Shown: positions 51,428-63,859 of the stretch, piece by piece
How positions within the stretch are numbered: the first letter of the stretch is position 1
Layout of the letters: every line of letters starts with the position of its first letter
NCBI RefSeq assembly: GCF_006345805.1
Contig: NC_042998.1
Coordinates: forward strand, 1 to 64,000
Length of the DNA: 64,000 nucleotides
Direction of reading: 5' to 3'
Origin: Octopus sinensis
Taxonomy: Eukaryota
Translations under genes and position numbers: made by a program
The notes under the pieces: generated by a model
Told to the model about the DNA's origin: nothing
Seen by the model: only the letters and a program-made list of their open reading frames with translations
The model's database searches: none

Positions 51428-53050
51428 ATGGATTCGGTGGAGGCACGAACTGGTAGCCAGACTGGAGATGAAGAGATCTCGCTTGCCTTGATTGTGGAGA
51501 TGTTGAGGGGTTAGAGGACACAGCTAGACGCATTCATGGGAAGGCTGGAGAAGAGGCGACAGGGCTTACGGGAAGATCATCAAGAGCTTGAGGTTACGGA
51601 TGGGTCAGCTTTGGAGGATCAGTGTTGGACCGGGGATAGGAGTAGTCCTGTGGGCGGAGATTGCCCGACAAGTGAAATAGATAATGAAGAAAGTGAACCG
51701 GAGGAACCTTGTGATGCGGACCTGAAGTGGTTGCGGAACCTGAAGTGGTTGCGGAACCCGAAGTGGTTGCGGAACCTGAAGTGGTTGCGGAACCTGAAGT
51801 GGTTGCGGAACCTGAAGTGGTTGCGGAACTTGAAGTGGGTGCTGGACCCTTAAAGATTGCTGAGCCCGAAGAGCCTGCTATGTCTGTGATAGTTGCTGCT
51901 GTTGTTCTGTGTCTGGAGCCTTTGGCATCTTGAACCCTGTCTACCGGGACTCAGGACGAAAAGCTTGCTGAGTGTGAGCTTGCTAAGTCTGAAGTTGATG
52001 TTGCTGAGTCCGAGGAGCCTGCTGTGTGTAAGGTTGCTGCGGTTGATGTTCCGTGTCTGAGTCCTTTGGCGTCTGAACCCCTGTCTCTCGGGACTCATGA
52101 CGACTGTGTGGTGCCCACTGTGGAGAGGCCACAGGCGTGGATGGACTGTCGGCCGAACTTGCGTTTTGAGAAGTCTTCGGTGCAGAAGCTGGTAACGAAG
52201 AGGACCAAGCCTGGTGACGAGGCGAGACGGCTGCGAACGTTGGTAGGACTACCAAGAACAGGAAGACTGCTCCAGTGTTGGGTGAGCTTTGTGGTTGATG
52301 GCTGCTTGGGGCTGGTGGAGCCCGACAGGCAGTGCATAGTGAAAGCTCGAGTGAGGGTCGGGTGGACCCTGGTAGAGGCAGAAGCTGACAGAGCGCTGGC
52401 TGGGTTAGCTGATTTCTTGGAAATGGCACAAGCGATTTGTAGAGGACAAATCGAGGGATCGTGCCAGATGGTGAACCAGCGGCAGGGCCAGTTCTGCCAA
52501 TAGAGTAACGCAGTTGAAGGAGTTGGTAGTCTACCGATGCAGTTGCGGAAGCGGCTCGCAGGGAGTCGCCGGTGCTTGGTTGGCACTCGGATGCTGCGAA
52601 AGAAGCAACCGTTAATGAAAAGCGTAGAACGTTGGTCGCGAGGTATGCAGGATGTTGGTCGCACGGACCTGGCGGAGCATTTCATCGACCCGGGCGGTCG
52701 TCGCTCGAGGAGGCAGCAAGGTCGGAGGATGGTCCAAGTTCGGCAGCAAAAGATGAGGAGATATCGGCGACAGGGAGCAGTGAAAAGGCGGAACGGTCCC
52801 TGGTCGTCGGCCATAGTTGTGCAGAACAAGGATGTCACAGCAAGGTGCTATGTGGGCCATAGAGCGCTGAGGGAGGTGGCCAATGTGAAGGATTGGCCGG
52901 ACCCTGCCTGTGTGAGAGAGTTAAGGAACTTCCTCGGACGGTGCGCCTATTGTAGGCGGCTCGTAGGTAGCCTCGCGGCATTGACGGAGCCATTACCCAA
53001 GCCGCAGAGGGAAGATGCCAACTTGTGGCCTGTGGTGAAGTGGTGGCAGT
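51428..53050 (+). pseudogene. Disrupted gag-like ORF with (AEPEVV)n repeat and collapsed RT remnant
   Basis: ATG at 51428, in-frame TAG near 51512, 18-bp repeat GCGGAACCTGAAGTGGTT x6-7 at 51712-51840. GPWSSAIVVQNKD..RCYVGHRAL is joined directly to VKDWPDPACVRELRNFLGRCAYCRR, so the RT catalytic core is missing. Confidence 0.8.
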
Positions 53051-54195
53051 AGGAAGCGAGACACCTGGAAGAGAAGCTACACAGGGAGACCTCCAGTTCC
53101 TGGAACATCTGCTGGAGCTCGCCCTCGGAGGTACGGATATAGTGTGCTTCTGTCGGGTCGACAAAGCTTAGGGCGGGGGTAGTGATACGAGGTCAGTTGA
53201 GAAAAAAAGTGCTATGACCCACTTTTGTTGGTTTGTAGTCGGAGAGTCTGGAAAAAAGTTGTGGCGCTTTGTTCTGTCATTTTCTGGAGAAATTAATGGG
53301 TTTGAAAGAGACCTCTGACTCTTTTCCGGTCAAGCAGAGTTTAAGAAACCGCCCCTTAAAATGCGACGAGCTGGATTTGTTGATCAGTTGGCGAGAGAGA
53401 GTTGGCCTGGGTTGGTCAGTTCTGCCAGAGACAGCAAAAGGGCCGGAAAGGAGTCAGTTGGCAAAAGACAGCAGTCGATACGGACGGTCAGCTAAGAAGG
53501 TGGTGATGGCGAGAGGCAACGACAATGTTGAGAAAGACAGACAGTGAATGTGAGAGATGACAAGCGAGAGGTAGAGAAGAGGATGACAAGCGTGGCGAGA
53601 AAGACAGGCAGATAGCATTAGGGACATGTAGAGCGAAAGAGAGGGTTTACGGCGAAAAGGCACGGCTATTGTAGTAGGAGTTTGTAACAGTATGTTTTGT
53701 TTATGTTTTTGATGTGAAATGTAAAAGAAACGAGATTGTGACGTAAATTGTAATCTGTTGTAAAGAACAAAAAAGGAACTGTGAATTGAGGTGAAGAGGA
53801 AGAAAAGAATTGTTGAAGAGAAAAACTCTATATTGCATCAAAACATTAATGTTTTGATTGTTTCCGGAAGTTCTGTATCGTGCATGCCTTTGTTGTTTTC
53901 TTTTTAATTCTGTTGCATGCTATTTTCTTTAATGTATCTGATATGTTTCACGTTTTATTTGATGTTGTAATAATTGTATAAACTGTTGTTAAATGTAAGC
54001 GATTGCCTTCCGCCGTGTCTCTCTTCCTCCTGTTGTTGTTGTTGTTGTTGTTATCTTCGGTCGGCGGTTCGAGTTCGCTGCCATCCCCCACCACCGTTTT
54101 CTCTCTGTGTCGGATTCCGTTCGACTGAGCCTGGTCAATCGTCGTCGCTCGACTTAGTAGGGTCCCGGGTTCGAGTTGAGCGATGGTAGGTTCGT

Positions 54196-54245
<50 letters not shown>

Positions 54246-54308
54246 GTGTATATATCTACGTATATCTATCTATCTATCTATCTTTGTATGTATCTGTCTG
54301 TCTGTCTG

Positions 54309-54380
<72 letters not shown>

Positions 54381-54439
54381 CGGATTCTCTTTCGGACATT
54401 TACCCTCTGGCTGCACCTCTCCTACCTACGGATAACTGT

Positions 54440-54750
54440 GGACTCTACTCTTAATGAAAAATCCTTGTAATACACCACGACGTCAAAAAACCTTTGAACT
54501 TTACGTAAAACTGTTATTATTATCATTACTTTCTTTGTGACCCTTCTGTCCGGTAGTCAATCGCCACGATAGATCGTTAGCCACTACACACATTTTTTTC
54601 TCTCCTTGTGTTTTTTCAGTGTCCCTTTCTGTAGAAGAGCGTAGGCTCGAAACGTAAAAGACATTTTCTATTCCTGAGCGTTATACTAATACATCTGTTT
54701 GTTTTGTACACCATCTGTCTTCATCTTTTGATTTTTCGTAAACTCCCCCT
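54440..54750 (+). mobile_element. Penelope pLTR-like repeat with a variant hammerhead-like fold at 54625-54660
   Basis: CUUU-CUGUAGA-A-GAGC(GUAG)GCUC-GAAA-CG-UA-AAAG. All helices close, but core A6 is U. Confidence 0.55.
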
Positions 54751-54751
54751 A

Positions 54752-54827
<76 letters not shown>

Positions 54828-54829
54828 CT

Positions 54830-55985
54830 ACAAGACCATAATGGGGACGGGCGCTGCTATATATATATATATGTATATGTAAATAATACAAACTGGGACA
54901 AGAACGCAAAACATTTAGAAGACGATACAAAAAACACGGACGGGACATTCGAAGCCTTCAATCTTCAGTCAAGAACATGATCATCCTCGCAATTTCGGCT
55001 GATTAATCTTCAGATTGCTCCGACCTGGCCAGCCCCAAAGGAAAATCTACATATTTTTGTATTCTTATTCGTTCCCGTCCTTGTTTTGTATACATTCGAG
55101 GCTTTCTTCCAAGGGTCTAATTCGCTTGGCTTAGATTTTCCTTTGGGGCTGGCCAGGTCGGAGCAATCTGAAGATTAATCAGCCGAAATTGCGAGGATGA
55201 TCCGGTTCTTGACTGAAGATTGAAAGCTTCGAATGTCCCATCCGTGTTTTTTGTATCGTCTTCTAAATGTTTTGCGTTCTTGTCCCAGTTTGTATTTTTT
55301 ACATATACATAGATATATATAGCGACGCCCGTACCCTTTTTGGTCTTGTATGTAAGTACATGTTTCTTTAAACTTGGTACGACTCTATAACACTGTCTCT
55401 CTCTCTCTCCCCTCTCCTACATTTCTCTGCCTTTCACACTTTGCACTCCACTTTGATTTGTCTCTTTCTCTCTCTCTCTTCTCCTCCTACTTTGTTCCTT
55501 GTTCCCTTTTTTTCTCTCCTCCTCTGTCCCTCTTTTCCTTTCTCTTCTCCTCACACGTGACTAACTTTGGACTGCTGTCCTGCCTTTTCGTGCTCAGCAG
55601 CCGCCGAGGCTAGACACATTTCTTTTCTCTCTTTGCTTCAAGGCATTTTTCCAATGCGCCAGCTCAAGTTCACCCGTCCTGTCGAAAAGACGCCTGTCTG
55701 TGACGTCCTGTTTTTGTTATTATTATTATCATTATTGTTTTTACGTATTTTTGTATTCTTATTCGTTCCCGTCCTTGTTTTGTATACATTCGAGGCTTTC
55801 TTCCAAGGAATCTAATGCGCTTGGCTTAGATTTTCCTTTGGGGCTAGCCAGGTCGGAGCAATCTCAAGATTAATCAGTCAAAATTGCGAGGATGATCCGG
55901 TACTTGACTGAAGATTGAAGGCTTCGTCCGTGTTTTTTGTATCGTCTTCCAAATGTTTTGCGTTCTTGTCCCAGTTTGTATTTTT
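54830..55985. mobile_element. Repeat with ~220-bp inverted arms (54830-55049 / 55131-55352) and a third direct copy (55745-55985)
   Basis: The arms align base by base as reverse complements. 55052-55310 repeats at 55745-55985. This is the inverted-plus-tandem layout typical of Penelope pLTRs. Confidence 0.85.
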
Positions 55986-56025
55986 TTACACACACACACA
56001 CACACACCACACACACACACACACA

Positions 56026-56093
<68 letters not shown>

Positions 56094-56639
56094 TTGTTTC
56101 AGTCATTAGACTGGAGCAAATGTAATTAACATAAATGCTAACGCAAAAACACTCATATACATTTAGACATACTAACACACATATATACATACACACGCCG
56201 CCGCCGCCGCCGCTGTCGACATAAAACATATCAGGACGATTTCTACAATGTCCTGGCATTGTTAACAAGCAAGGAAATAAACACAAACGGTTATATTGAT
56301 ATTGAATTTAAGATGATGAAATATTTCGTCAGGCAATTTGAGATGTTGAAATACCTATTTCACCAGACAAAAACTTGATTGGTTAACTTAAGATGATGAA
56401 ATATTGCATCTAAACTATGCTGCACTGAATAACGTAGTTTATTTTAAAGGTATGTTTCCATGATGTAAATGAAATACATGCATACATGTCATTAATTGGA
56501 ATTTCTATATAATGCATGAGCTAAAACCCAAAAAACTTTCTCATCTTTAAAACTGTACGTGATGTAAAATCAGCATTAAAAACTACATTAACTACACCTT
56601 GACGTATGCTTGATGAAAATACTTGTTGACCAGGGTAAT

Positions 56640-56848
56640 CCTTTCTGCTGTAGGCACAAGACCAGTAAATTCAGGGAAGGGGTCATTACATCGATCCAAA
56701 TGTTCAACTGGTACTTATTTTATCGACTCCTAAAAGATGAAACGCAAGGCGACTCCGACAGAATTTGAACTCAGAACGTAAAAAACAGACGAAATGTCGC
56801 TAAGCATTTTGCCCAGCATGTTAACGATTCTGTCAGTCGGCCGCCTTA
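56640..56848 (-). mobile_element. OK-like SINE
   Basis: GAATTTGAACTCAGAACGTA..GCTAAGCATTTTGCCCAGCATGTTAACGATTCTG. Confidence 0.8.
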
Positions 56849-56904
56849 ACTGAATTTTATAATAATTTTAAAAAATGTTCCTTCCCGAGTCATATGGACT
56901 CATA

Positions 56905-57115
56905 GGGCCGGTTCCCAGACTTCCATGACGTATATATTCCCCACTGGGACGAGACGCCGGTCCGTCGCAGGATTATTTATTTCTGCCAGCTGAGTGGACT
57001 GGAGCAATGTGAAATGAAGTATTTTCCTCAAGAACACAACTTGTTGCCTGTCCAGGAATCGAAACCACAATCTTACGATCAAGAGTCCAACATCCTAACC
57101 ACTAAGCCACGTGTT
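56905..57115 (-). mobile_element. CORE-SINE, second family
   Basis: Reverse complement CACGTGGCTTAGTGGTTAGG..GGTTTCGATTCC..GTGTTCTTGAGGAAAATACTTCATTTCACATTGCTCCAGTCCACTCAGCTGG. Confidence 0.8.
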
Positions 57116-57259
57116 TCCAATATGATAAATACTCACTGTAAAAATTCAACCGTTACATCAACGTGGAAATTTACTCTTCTGTTAAGGCAGTGCAATATTT
57201 ATTCAAGCAACAACTGCATTCAGATGCATTTTCAAAGCAGCTATGCCCATAAAAGTTCT

Positions 57260-58300
57260 TAATTGTAACGAAGTTTTCCTCTTCTTTGATGCGAGGCGAG
57301 TGAGTACTCCTCAGTCAATGTTGAGATTACGGGGATGCAAGATGCACGATAGGTCCCAAATCATTCTAATCGTCTTTATGACGAGAAACTCATTGTTAAA
57401 GAGACATCAATATTGTTTTGCAGTCCTCTTTGTATCGTCGGTGAATTCCTCAATGATATTATGAACAATTGCAAATCATTCGGAATTAAAACGCTTTTTC
57501 TCGGAGGAGAGTTTCGCCAGACAGGTGATATATTACCAAAAGGATCAGATACACTATCACTGAATAACACATTCAATTCTCGTTTCTATGGAGATACATC
57601 TAGCTGATGTAGTTGAATGGGAACGTGAAAATTGAGTTCAGCAAGTAATAATGGTTCTACCGAGAGTGTTGAAGGGTTTCCCGAATACGCGGTACTGATA
57701 CCCAATAAACTGATTGACAGTGAAGACATCATTAAAGTAGCGAACAGCTGTACAGTAGCTCGATGAAGCTTGCAAACGATCGACAAAGTATCAAGCCAAA
57801 TTGTATTAACTTCACAAGTAATAATGCTATCATATTAGATAAAGGCGTTTTTCAAATATTTTAAGGAGAGCATAAATGACATCAATTGAGAACTAATTTT
57901 CTAATGGAGTTTCTTCATAAATGATGTCTTCAGTAATGCCTCCTTATGTTCGCCTCTGAAAACCAGTTCCATTATTATGTTGCTGCACAACTGAAATCTC
58001 ACAAAAGGTCTACGTAATGATGCGAGATTAATACTTTGAGAGCTGTATGATCATGTTGAGTAGGAGATTTAGCTTTCATATTCAATATAAACCTGGCTTT
58101 TACTGAAACAACACTACCATTCCAGCTAAAAAGACGCCAGTTTTCATTTCCACGCTCCTATATCATAACCATGAACACCGCAAAGACAGTTATTCAACAA
58201 AGTGGGAATATATTTGCCAGAGTCTATTTTCAGTCGTGATCAACTTTACGTTGCTCTAAGATGAATTCGGATAAAGTAAAATCTCAAAGCTCTTATTTTA
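57260..58300 (+). mobile_element. Helitron-type Pif1 helicase remnant
   Basis: FLNDIMNNCKSFGIKTLFLGGEFRQT, PIIMLLHN, QLKRRQF and FNKVGIYLPESIFSRDQLYVAL, with many disablements. Confidence 0.85.
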
Positions 58301-59074
58301 TTCAATGGAGTTCAATGAAACTGATAAATTCAGAAGAACTGTATTCTAAAAATATTGTACTTAAGAAACTTCTGGAAGTTATCGTTATTTTGTTTACTGA
58401 ACAACAGGATCTTTATTTATTTCGGCAGGATCTCTGGAGGAGTAATCAATTTCTGTTTTGAATAAAAAAATGTATGTACATTAAAGGAAAACTATTGTGT
58501 CAATAATAAAACTATAATGAACATCGTATATATTTTATGATACTTTTATGAATAATTCTCTATAATTTGTAAAACCGTCACGTGAACACGTATAGTTTAG
58601 ATATAATGTCATATGGGCAACGATCAATTTAATCGACCTCAGAAAATGCCTGATATACGTTTTATTGAATCTGGAGGAAGAAACGCAAAGTCAGTCCTGG
58701 CGGGATTTAAATTCAAAATACAAAGGAAGAAAATTATTGCCAAAATGAATTGCTTTCGAAGTTTTCTATCATTTCATCTACACCCATATTTGTGAAAACA
58801 AAAATGATGTCTAACATAAGCACGAGAATAGATATTTGGGTCGGGGTGTAATCGATTTACTGAACCCGTTAATACTTAATATTGGCTTAACTTAATACTT
58901 AACTGGTACTTATTTTATTGTTCTTAGAAAGATAAAACAAAATTAACCCTGATGGGATTTGATTTCGACCGTAAGGAACCGTAACGAAATTTCATCCGAC
59001 ACTCACTATCTCCCTTGTATATCGCCATAACAAATGATTGATAATAATAATAATAATGGTTTCAAATTTTGCTA

Positions 59075-59705
59075 CAAGGACAACGATTTTTTGGGTGGGG
59101 TGGGGTGGGTTGGGTGAATGAATCGATTATATCGACTCCAGTGTTCAACTGATACTATTTTATCGATTCCGAAGGATCAAAGGCAAAGTTGACCACGGTG
59201 AAATTTGAAACCAGAACGTTAAGACGGACGAAATGCCGCTAAGAAATTTCCCCGGCGTGCTAACGATTCTGCCAGCTTGCCGTCTTTGATAATAATAATA
59301 ATAATTCTTTCTATTATAGGCACAAGGCCTGACATTTTTTTAAGCGGGGAGGATAGTCGATTAGATCGACTCCAGTACGCAACTGGTACTTAATTTATCG
59401 ACCCCCGAAAGGATGAAAGGCAAAGTCGATCTCGGCGGAATTTGAACTCAGAACATAAAGACAGGCGAAATACCTATTTCTTTACTACCCACAAGGGGCT
59501 AAACATAGAGAGGACAAACAAGGACAGACAAACGGATTAAGTCGAATATATAGACCCCAGTGCGTAACTGGTACTTATTTAATCGACCCTGAAAGGATGA
59601 AAGGCAAAGTCGACCTCGGCGGAATTTGAACTCAGAACGTAACGGCAGACGAAATACGGCTACGCATTTCGTCCGTCGTGCTAACGTTTCTGCCAGCTCG
59701 CCGCC
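59075..59705 (-). mobile_element. Array of three OK-like SINE units
   Basis: Core repeated at about 59160, 59395 and 59580. Confidence 0.88.
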
Positions 59706-59709
59706 TTTG

Positions 59710-59761
<52 letters not shown>

Positions 59762-59766
<5 letters not shown>

Positions 59767-60920
59767 GCCCTGATGCAGTACCAGGCAGTGGCTCTCGTGG
59801 CTACTGATCTTAACTGATTGGAAGTGTTATCATGTACATTGGTTTGTCTTGGTATAAAAGATGGGCTACAGCAAATATTCTGCTCAATACCACAGATTTG
59901 CTTGTCAGTTGTTTGACCTTAACCAGTTGAGCATGTCCCTTAGTGGCTGACGATATGTGCATCTCTGATCATGAGCAGAAATAGTGGGGGAGCATCATAG
60001 CTATGTGTTGAGAGGGATTCTTTGGGTTTGAATAATTCACCTCTGGAAACATGGGTTCAACATCCTTAGCGGGATGGGTTACTCGAACAGAAGAAAATTT
60101 TACCTGAGCCCCACCTGCAAGGTCATGTGCCGTTTATCTTGATATGAGATTACCATGTCGCACACACATGGTTGTGATGCATGTGCCGGATCTTTTCCTT
60201 TTGAACGGCAGATGTCAACACAATTTCTAGTTAACTAAACACTTTGAAACTTCGTATACTGGTAGAATGTGTTTATAAAACATCATTTTCTCTTGGTTTT
60301 ATTGAGAAAATTCTATAGTTTGTAAGATATTTCGTCTGAAAATCCGAGCATTTCGGCAATTTTAACCAATCGATTACCTCCATTCAACTAAAATCATTTG
60401 CTGCGTCTAAAACTGAGACAACATCCTGTAACTAACCCTAAACCTCCCCCTAACCCTAACCCTAATTTTTTTCTTAATTGTTAAATTAATTTAATTCCAT
60501 TGCTTTAGTTTTTTTTACAAAATTAAATTAATTTAACATTTAAGAAAAAAAAAATTAGGGTTAGGGTTAGGGGGAGGTTTAGGGTTAGTTACAGAATGTT
60601 GTCTCAGTTTTAGACGCAGCAAATGATTTTTGCTCAAAAGAGAGCATAGGATTAGTTAAATTTCGAAAAATTAAACTACGTTAAACAAACAAATTACAAT
60701 TTTCTCAAGAAAGCCAAGAGAAAAAATGTTTTATTTTGACACATTCTACCAGTATACGAAGTTTTAAAGTGTTTAGTTAACTAGAAATTATCTGCCGTTC
60801 AAAAGGAAAAGATCCCATGTGCCTAGTGTACCCTTATCAGACGGGTAGTCATGATTGGTATACTGGGCTCTGTATATTTTACCCCAGTGTCACTTTGATG
60901 GCATGCACTGCTCTCTCGCT
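59762..60920 (+). mobile_element. Unclassified interspersed repeat between two (TAA)n runs, split by a MITE
   Basis: A second copy lies at 26815-26980. The sequence resumes after the duplicated CATGTGCC. Confidence 0.65.
60188..60815. mobile_element. Fold-back DNA element with 8-bp TSD (Merlin-like) carrying telomeric repeats
   Basis: TIR GGATCTTTTCCTTTTGAACGGCAGAT.. (~115 bp, imperfect). TSD CATGTGCC at 60180-60187 and 60816-60823. Inner inverted repeat 60390-60496 / 60521-60630 with (TAACCC)n and (TTAGGG)n. Confidence 0.92.
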
Positions 60921-62330
60921 CAATAATAATAATAATAATAACAATAATAATAATGAGCAGCTGGGAAAAAGAATGGTGTTATATGAACAGTTTTCATGGA
61001 CAGTTTGTCAGGCTGGATGAGAAAAAAGTGGGCTTAATTGAAATGGAGGAGGACAGGAGATAAGTTGAACTTTGGTCATAACTTGTGCAAGAACTAGTAA
61101 TTGAACGAATCTTATTAAAACAAAACTAGACAGAAACCAACGAGAAATTAAGTGCCTATTAAACTGTCGAATTTATAGTGTGTACCTGCAGCAATATGGG
61201 ACAAAACCAATACAAATGAAGAAAGAAGAAAGTAGAAAATGAAAAATTGGGTTGTCAGGATATTTGGATTTAAAATAGATGGAAAATCTCTCGACCGGAA
61301 ACTGGTATAGAAAATGATTACTGTAAAATTCTGTTGGATTTCTCCGTAGAAATTGGCCATGTGATATACGCCCAAAGATTGGATATGATCCCCAAAAGAA
61401 TAAACATATGCAAGATTGTAGTGTTTTTTTTTTTATTACTATTTAATACAACATCCGTTTGACGAAGAGGGACAACGCAGAGTAAGTTAATCAATTCAGA
61501 AACGGTAAAACGCTGGCAGCTGAATTGAACTCAGAAATCATAAGCCACTCGCTCACCTCCTTTCACTTTTCTACTCTGTGGCTAAGAGATAATGCCATCT
61601 TTAACAGTATTCACGATAAACTCACTGGGACAGTTGTCGCATATTTCACACAAAATCTGATTAACAATCGTGTTTTTGTTGCAAATGGAAAGTCGTTATT
61701 TTGAGCGAACACTTCTATAGAAAATTTATATAGCACAAAGCATTTTAAGCGAGAAATTTTCATTCATACATTTATCTATTTCTAAATACACAAATACACA
61801 CATATATGAAAGAATTACATTCATTCAAGAATCTTTTTATTCTTAACATTTCTTTTAAAACGAAAGTTCATTCTCTTTATTGTTTCTTCTATATATATCC
61901 TTTAACCTTTATTTTACAGTTATCATGTTATGCTATTGTTTCTGCTGGTTTCATTTTATATCTATTTTCCAGTGTTGCTTCGATACACATGTATATATTT
62001 GTAAAGCAATGGTAGATAAATCATGTTACGGTACACAGTGAGTCAGTTATTTCAAACTAATACTGACTTCAGTTAATCCGATTAGTTGAACTTTTAAGAC
62101 GATTCAGAACGCAGGCAGCATTTGTCCTTGACAGGTTATACACACCCACTCCTTTTCAATCTGCAGACACGAGATGGTTTTTCTCTTTCCAGTAATGGAA
62201 GCTTAAATAGTTTGAATATCGGAGTAAAATTGAATTCTGGTTCCTAAGTGCACATAATGAGGCTTATAGTGTTTGTTCGCAAAACTTTTTTTTTTTAGTT
62301 GGAAGGATTAGATGCAGTTCATAAGACTAA

Positions 62331-62364
<34 letters not shown>

Positions 62365-63089
62365 GGGATGGGGCATAATGACACAGTTCACTGGAGATTT
62401 CTGTAGCATTAGGATATCTTCCAGGCGAAAAAAAGTTTATCTTATTTTGAGGCTTGTCAATTTTCTGTTTTTGTAGCAAAACATTATAAGAAACTTTCAT
62501 TATATTTTTCATTAAATACCAAATCAACAATCAGTGAAAAATACAGAGATCTAGCTTCAGGATATCATCATATTCAAGGAAGGCTGAGTCATCTGTCGGG
62601 GGAAAAAAATCAATGAAACTAACTCACAACCAAACGTTTCTTACACGACCCCAACTCTACTTCACAGCAATTTTCCCTCTTTCTTATTCAGTTTTGTGTA
62701 TATTGTTATATCTTGATATTTATCGCAACATTCAATACCTTACATTGTGATATCCCTAACGCTTTCCTTTGGCCATTGTTGACATTTTACTTCGCTAAAC
62801 TGTTATTTTTTTTCGTTTGGTGAGAAACTCTTAACGGATTATGTCGAGAATATGATCTAACCCGAAAGAACTTACTATAAATTCGTTATTCACTCTTTGG
62901 ATTGAAGAAGTTGGAGGGTTCTCTCTATATAGGTGTCAGCCAAAAGAAATCATTGCACTAACAGTAACATTAGAACATTTTAAAGAAAGGTTTCCAAATA
63001 ATTTCCAAAACGATTAAAAATTCCATTTCTGCTTCACTATATATTACAAAAAAAACAAACAAACAAAACAAAATAGTTGTTATTATCAC

Positions 63090-63480
63090 TCTAATACAGG
63101 CCTTGTGGCATAAAGTAGAAAAGATTAGTTCTTTAATACAAGGTGGGAGAATCGTTAGCACGCCGGGCAAAATGCTTAGCGACATTTCGACTGTCTTTAC
63201 GTTCTGAGTTCAAATTCCGCCGAGGTCGACTTTGCTTTTCATCCTTTCGGGATCGATGAAATAAGTACCAGTTGAGTACTGGCGTCGATCTAATCAATTG
63301 GCAGAATCGTTAGTGCGCCAGACAAAGTGCTTAGCGGCAGTTCGTCTGTCTTTAAGTTCTGAGTTCAAATTCCGCTGAAGTCAACTTTGCCTTTCATCCT
63401 TTCGGAGTCGATATATTACCGATTGGGCATTAGGGGTCGATGTAATGAACATCCCCTTCCACACCTTTGTGTCTATAGAA
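63090..63480 (+). mobile_element. Dimeric OK-like SINE
   Basis: Two heads (GAATCGTTAGCACG at 63148, GAATCGTTAGTGCG at 63304), each with a core. Confidence 0.85.
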
Positions 63481-63514
63481 GAAAGGTTTATTATTCTTCT
63501 AATACAAGGCGGCG

Positions 63515-63850
63515 TGAAGGCGCATGGCTCAGTGGTTAGAGCGTCGAGCTTACGATCGTGAGGTAGTGATTTCGAATCCCGGACTGGGCTGCGTGTTGTG
63601 TTCTTGGGCAAGACACTTTATTTCACGTTGCTCCAGTTCACTCAGCTGTAAAAATGAGTTGCTTCGTCACTGGTGCCAAGCTGTATCGGCCTTTGCCTTT
63701 CCTTTGGATAACACTGGTGGCGTGAAGAGGGGAGGCCGGTATTCATTGGCGACTACTGGTCTTCCATAAAACAAACTTGCCCGAACTTGTGTCTGGGAGG
63801 ATAACTTTCTAGGTGCAATCCCATAGTCAATCATGACAAAAGGGGGGTCT
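63515..63850 (+). mobile_element. CORE-SINE, second family, near full length
   Basis: tRNA head GCATGGCTCAGTGGTTAGAGCG..TTCGAATCC and MIR-core-like GTTCTTGGGCAAGACACTTTATTTCAC..CAGCTGTAAAAATGAG. Confidence 0.85.
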
Positions 63851-63859
63851 CAGCACAAG

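Larger units (their letters stand above)
50363..54199 (+). mobile_element. Non-autonomous Gypsy-derived LTR retroelement (3.8 kb) inserted in (TA)n
   Basis: LTRs at 50363-51373 and 53183-54199 (TGATACG...GTAACA), PBS, PPT AGGGCGGGGG at 53170-53179, and ATAT on both flanks. Confidence 0.95.

Noticed and set aside
51712-51840. Regular 18-bp repeats, superficially array-like
   Set aside because: There are no spacers; it is a coding-type tandem repeat inside the LTR element, not CRISPR.
55160-55195. CUGAAGA...GAAA in the 54830-55985 family
   Set aside because: No helix II or III geometry, and sister copies at 28395 and 55860 do not keep the core.
63559-63567. let-7-like seed TGAGGTAGT
   Set aside because: It lies within a SINE tRNA head; there is no mature sequence or precursor hairpin.
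63520-63592. Possible tRNA gene
   Set aside because: The A and B boxes run directly into a CORE-SINE body, the acceptor stem does not close, and related copies exist at 43690 and 56905.
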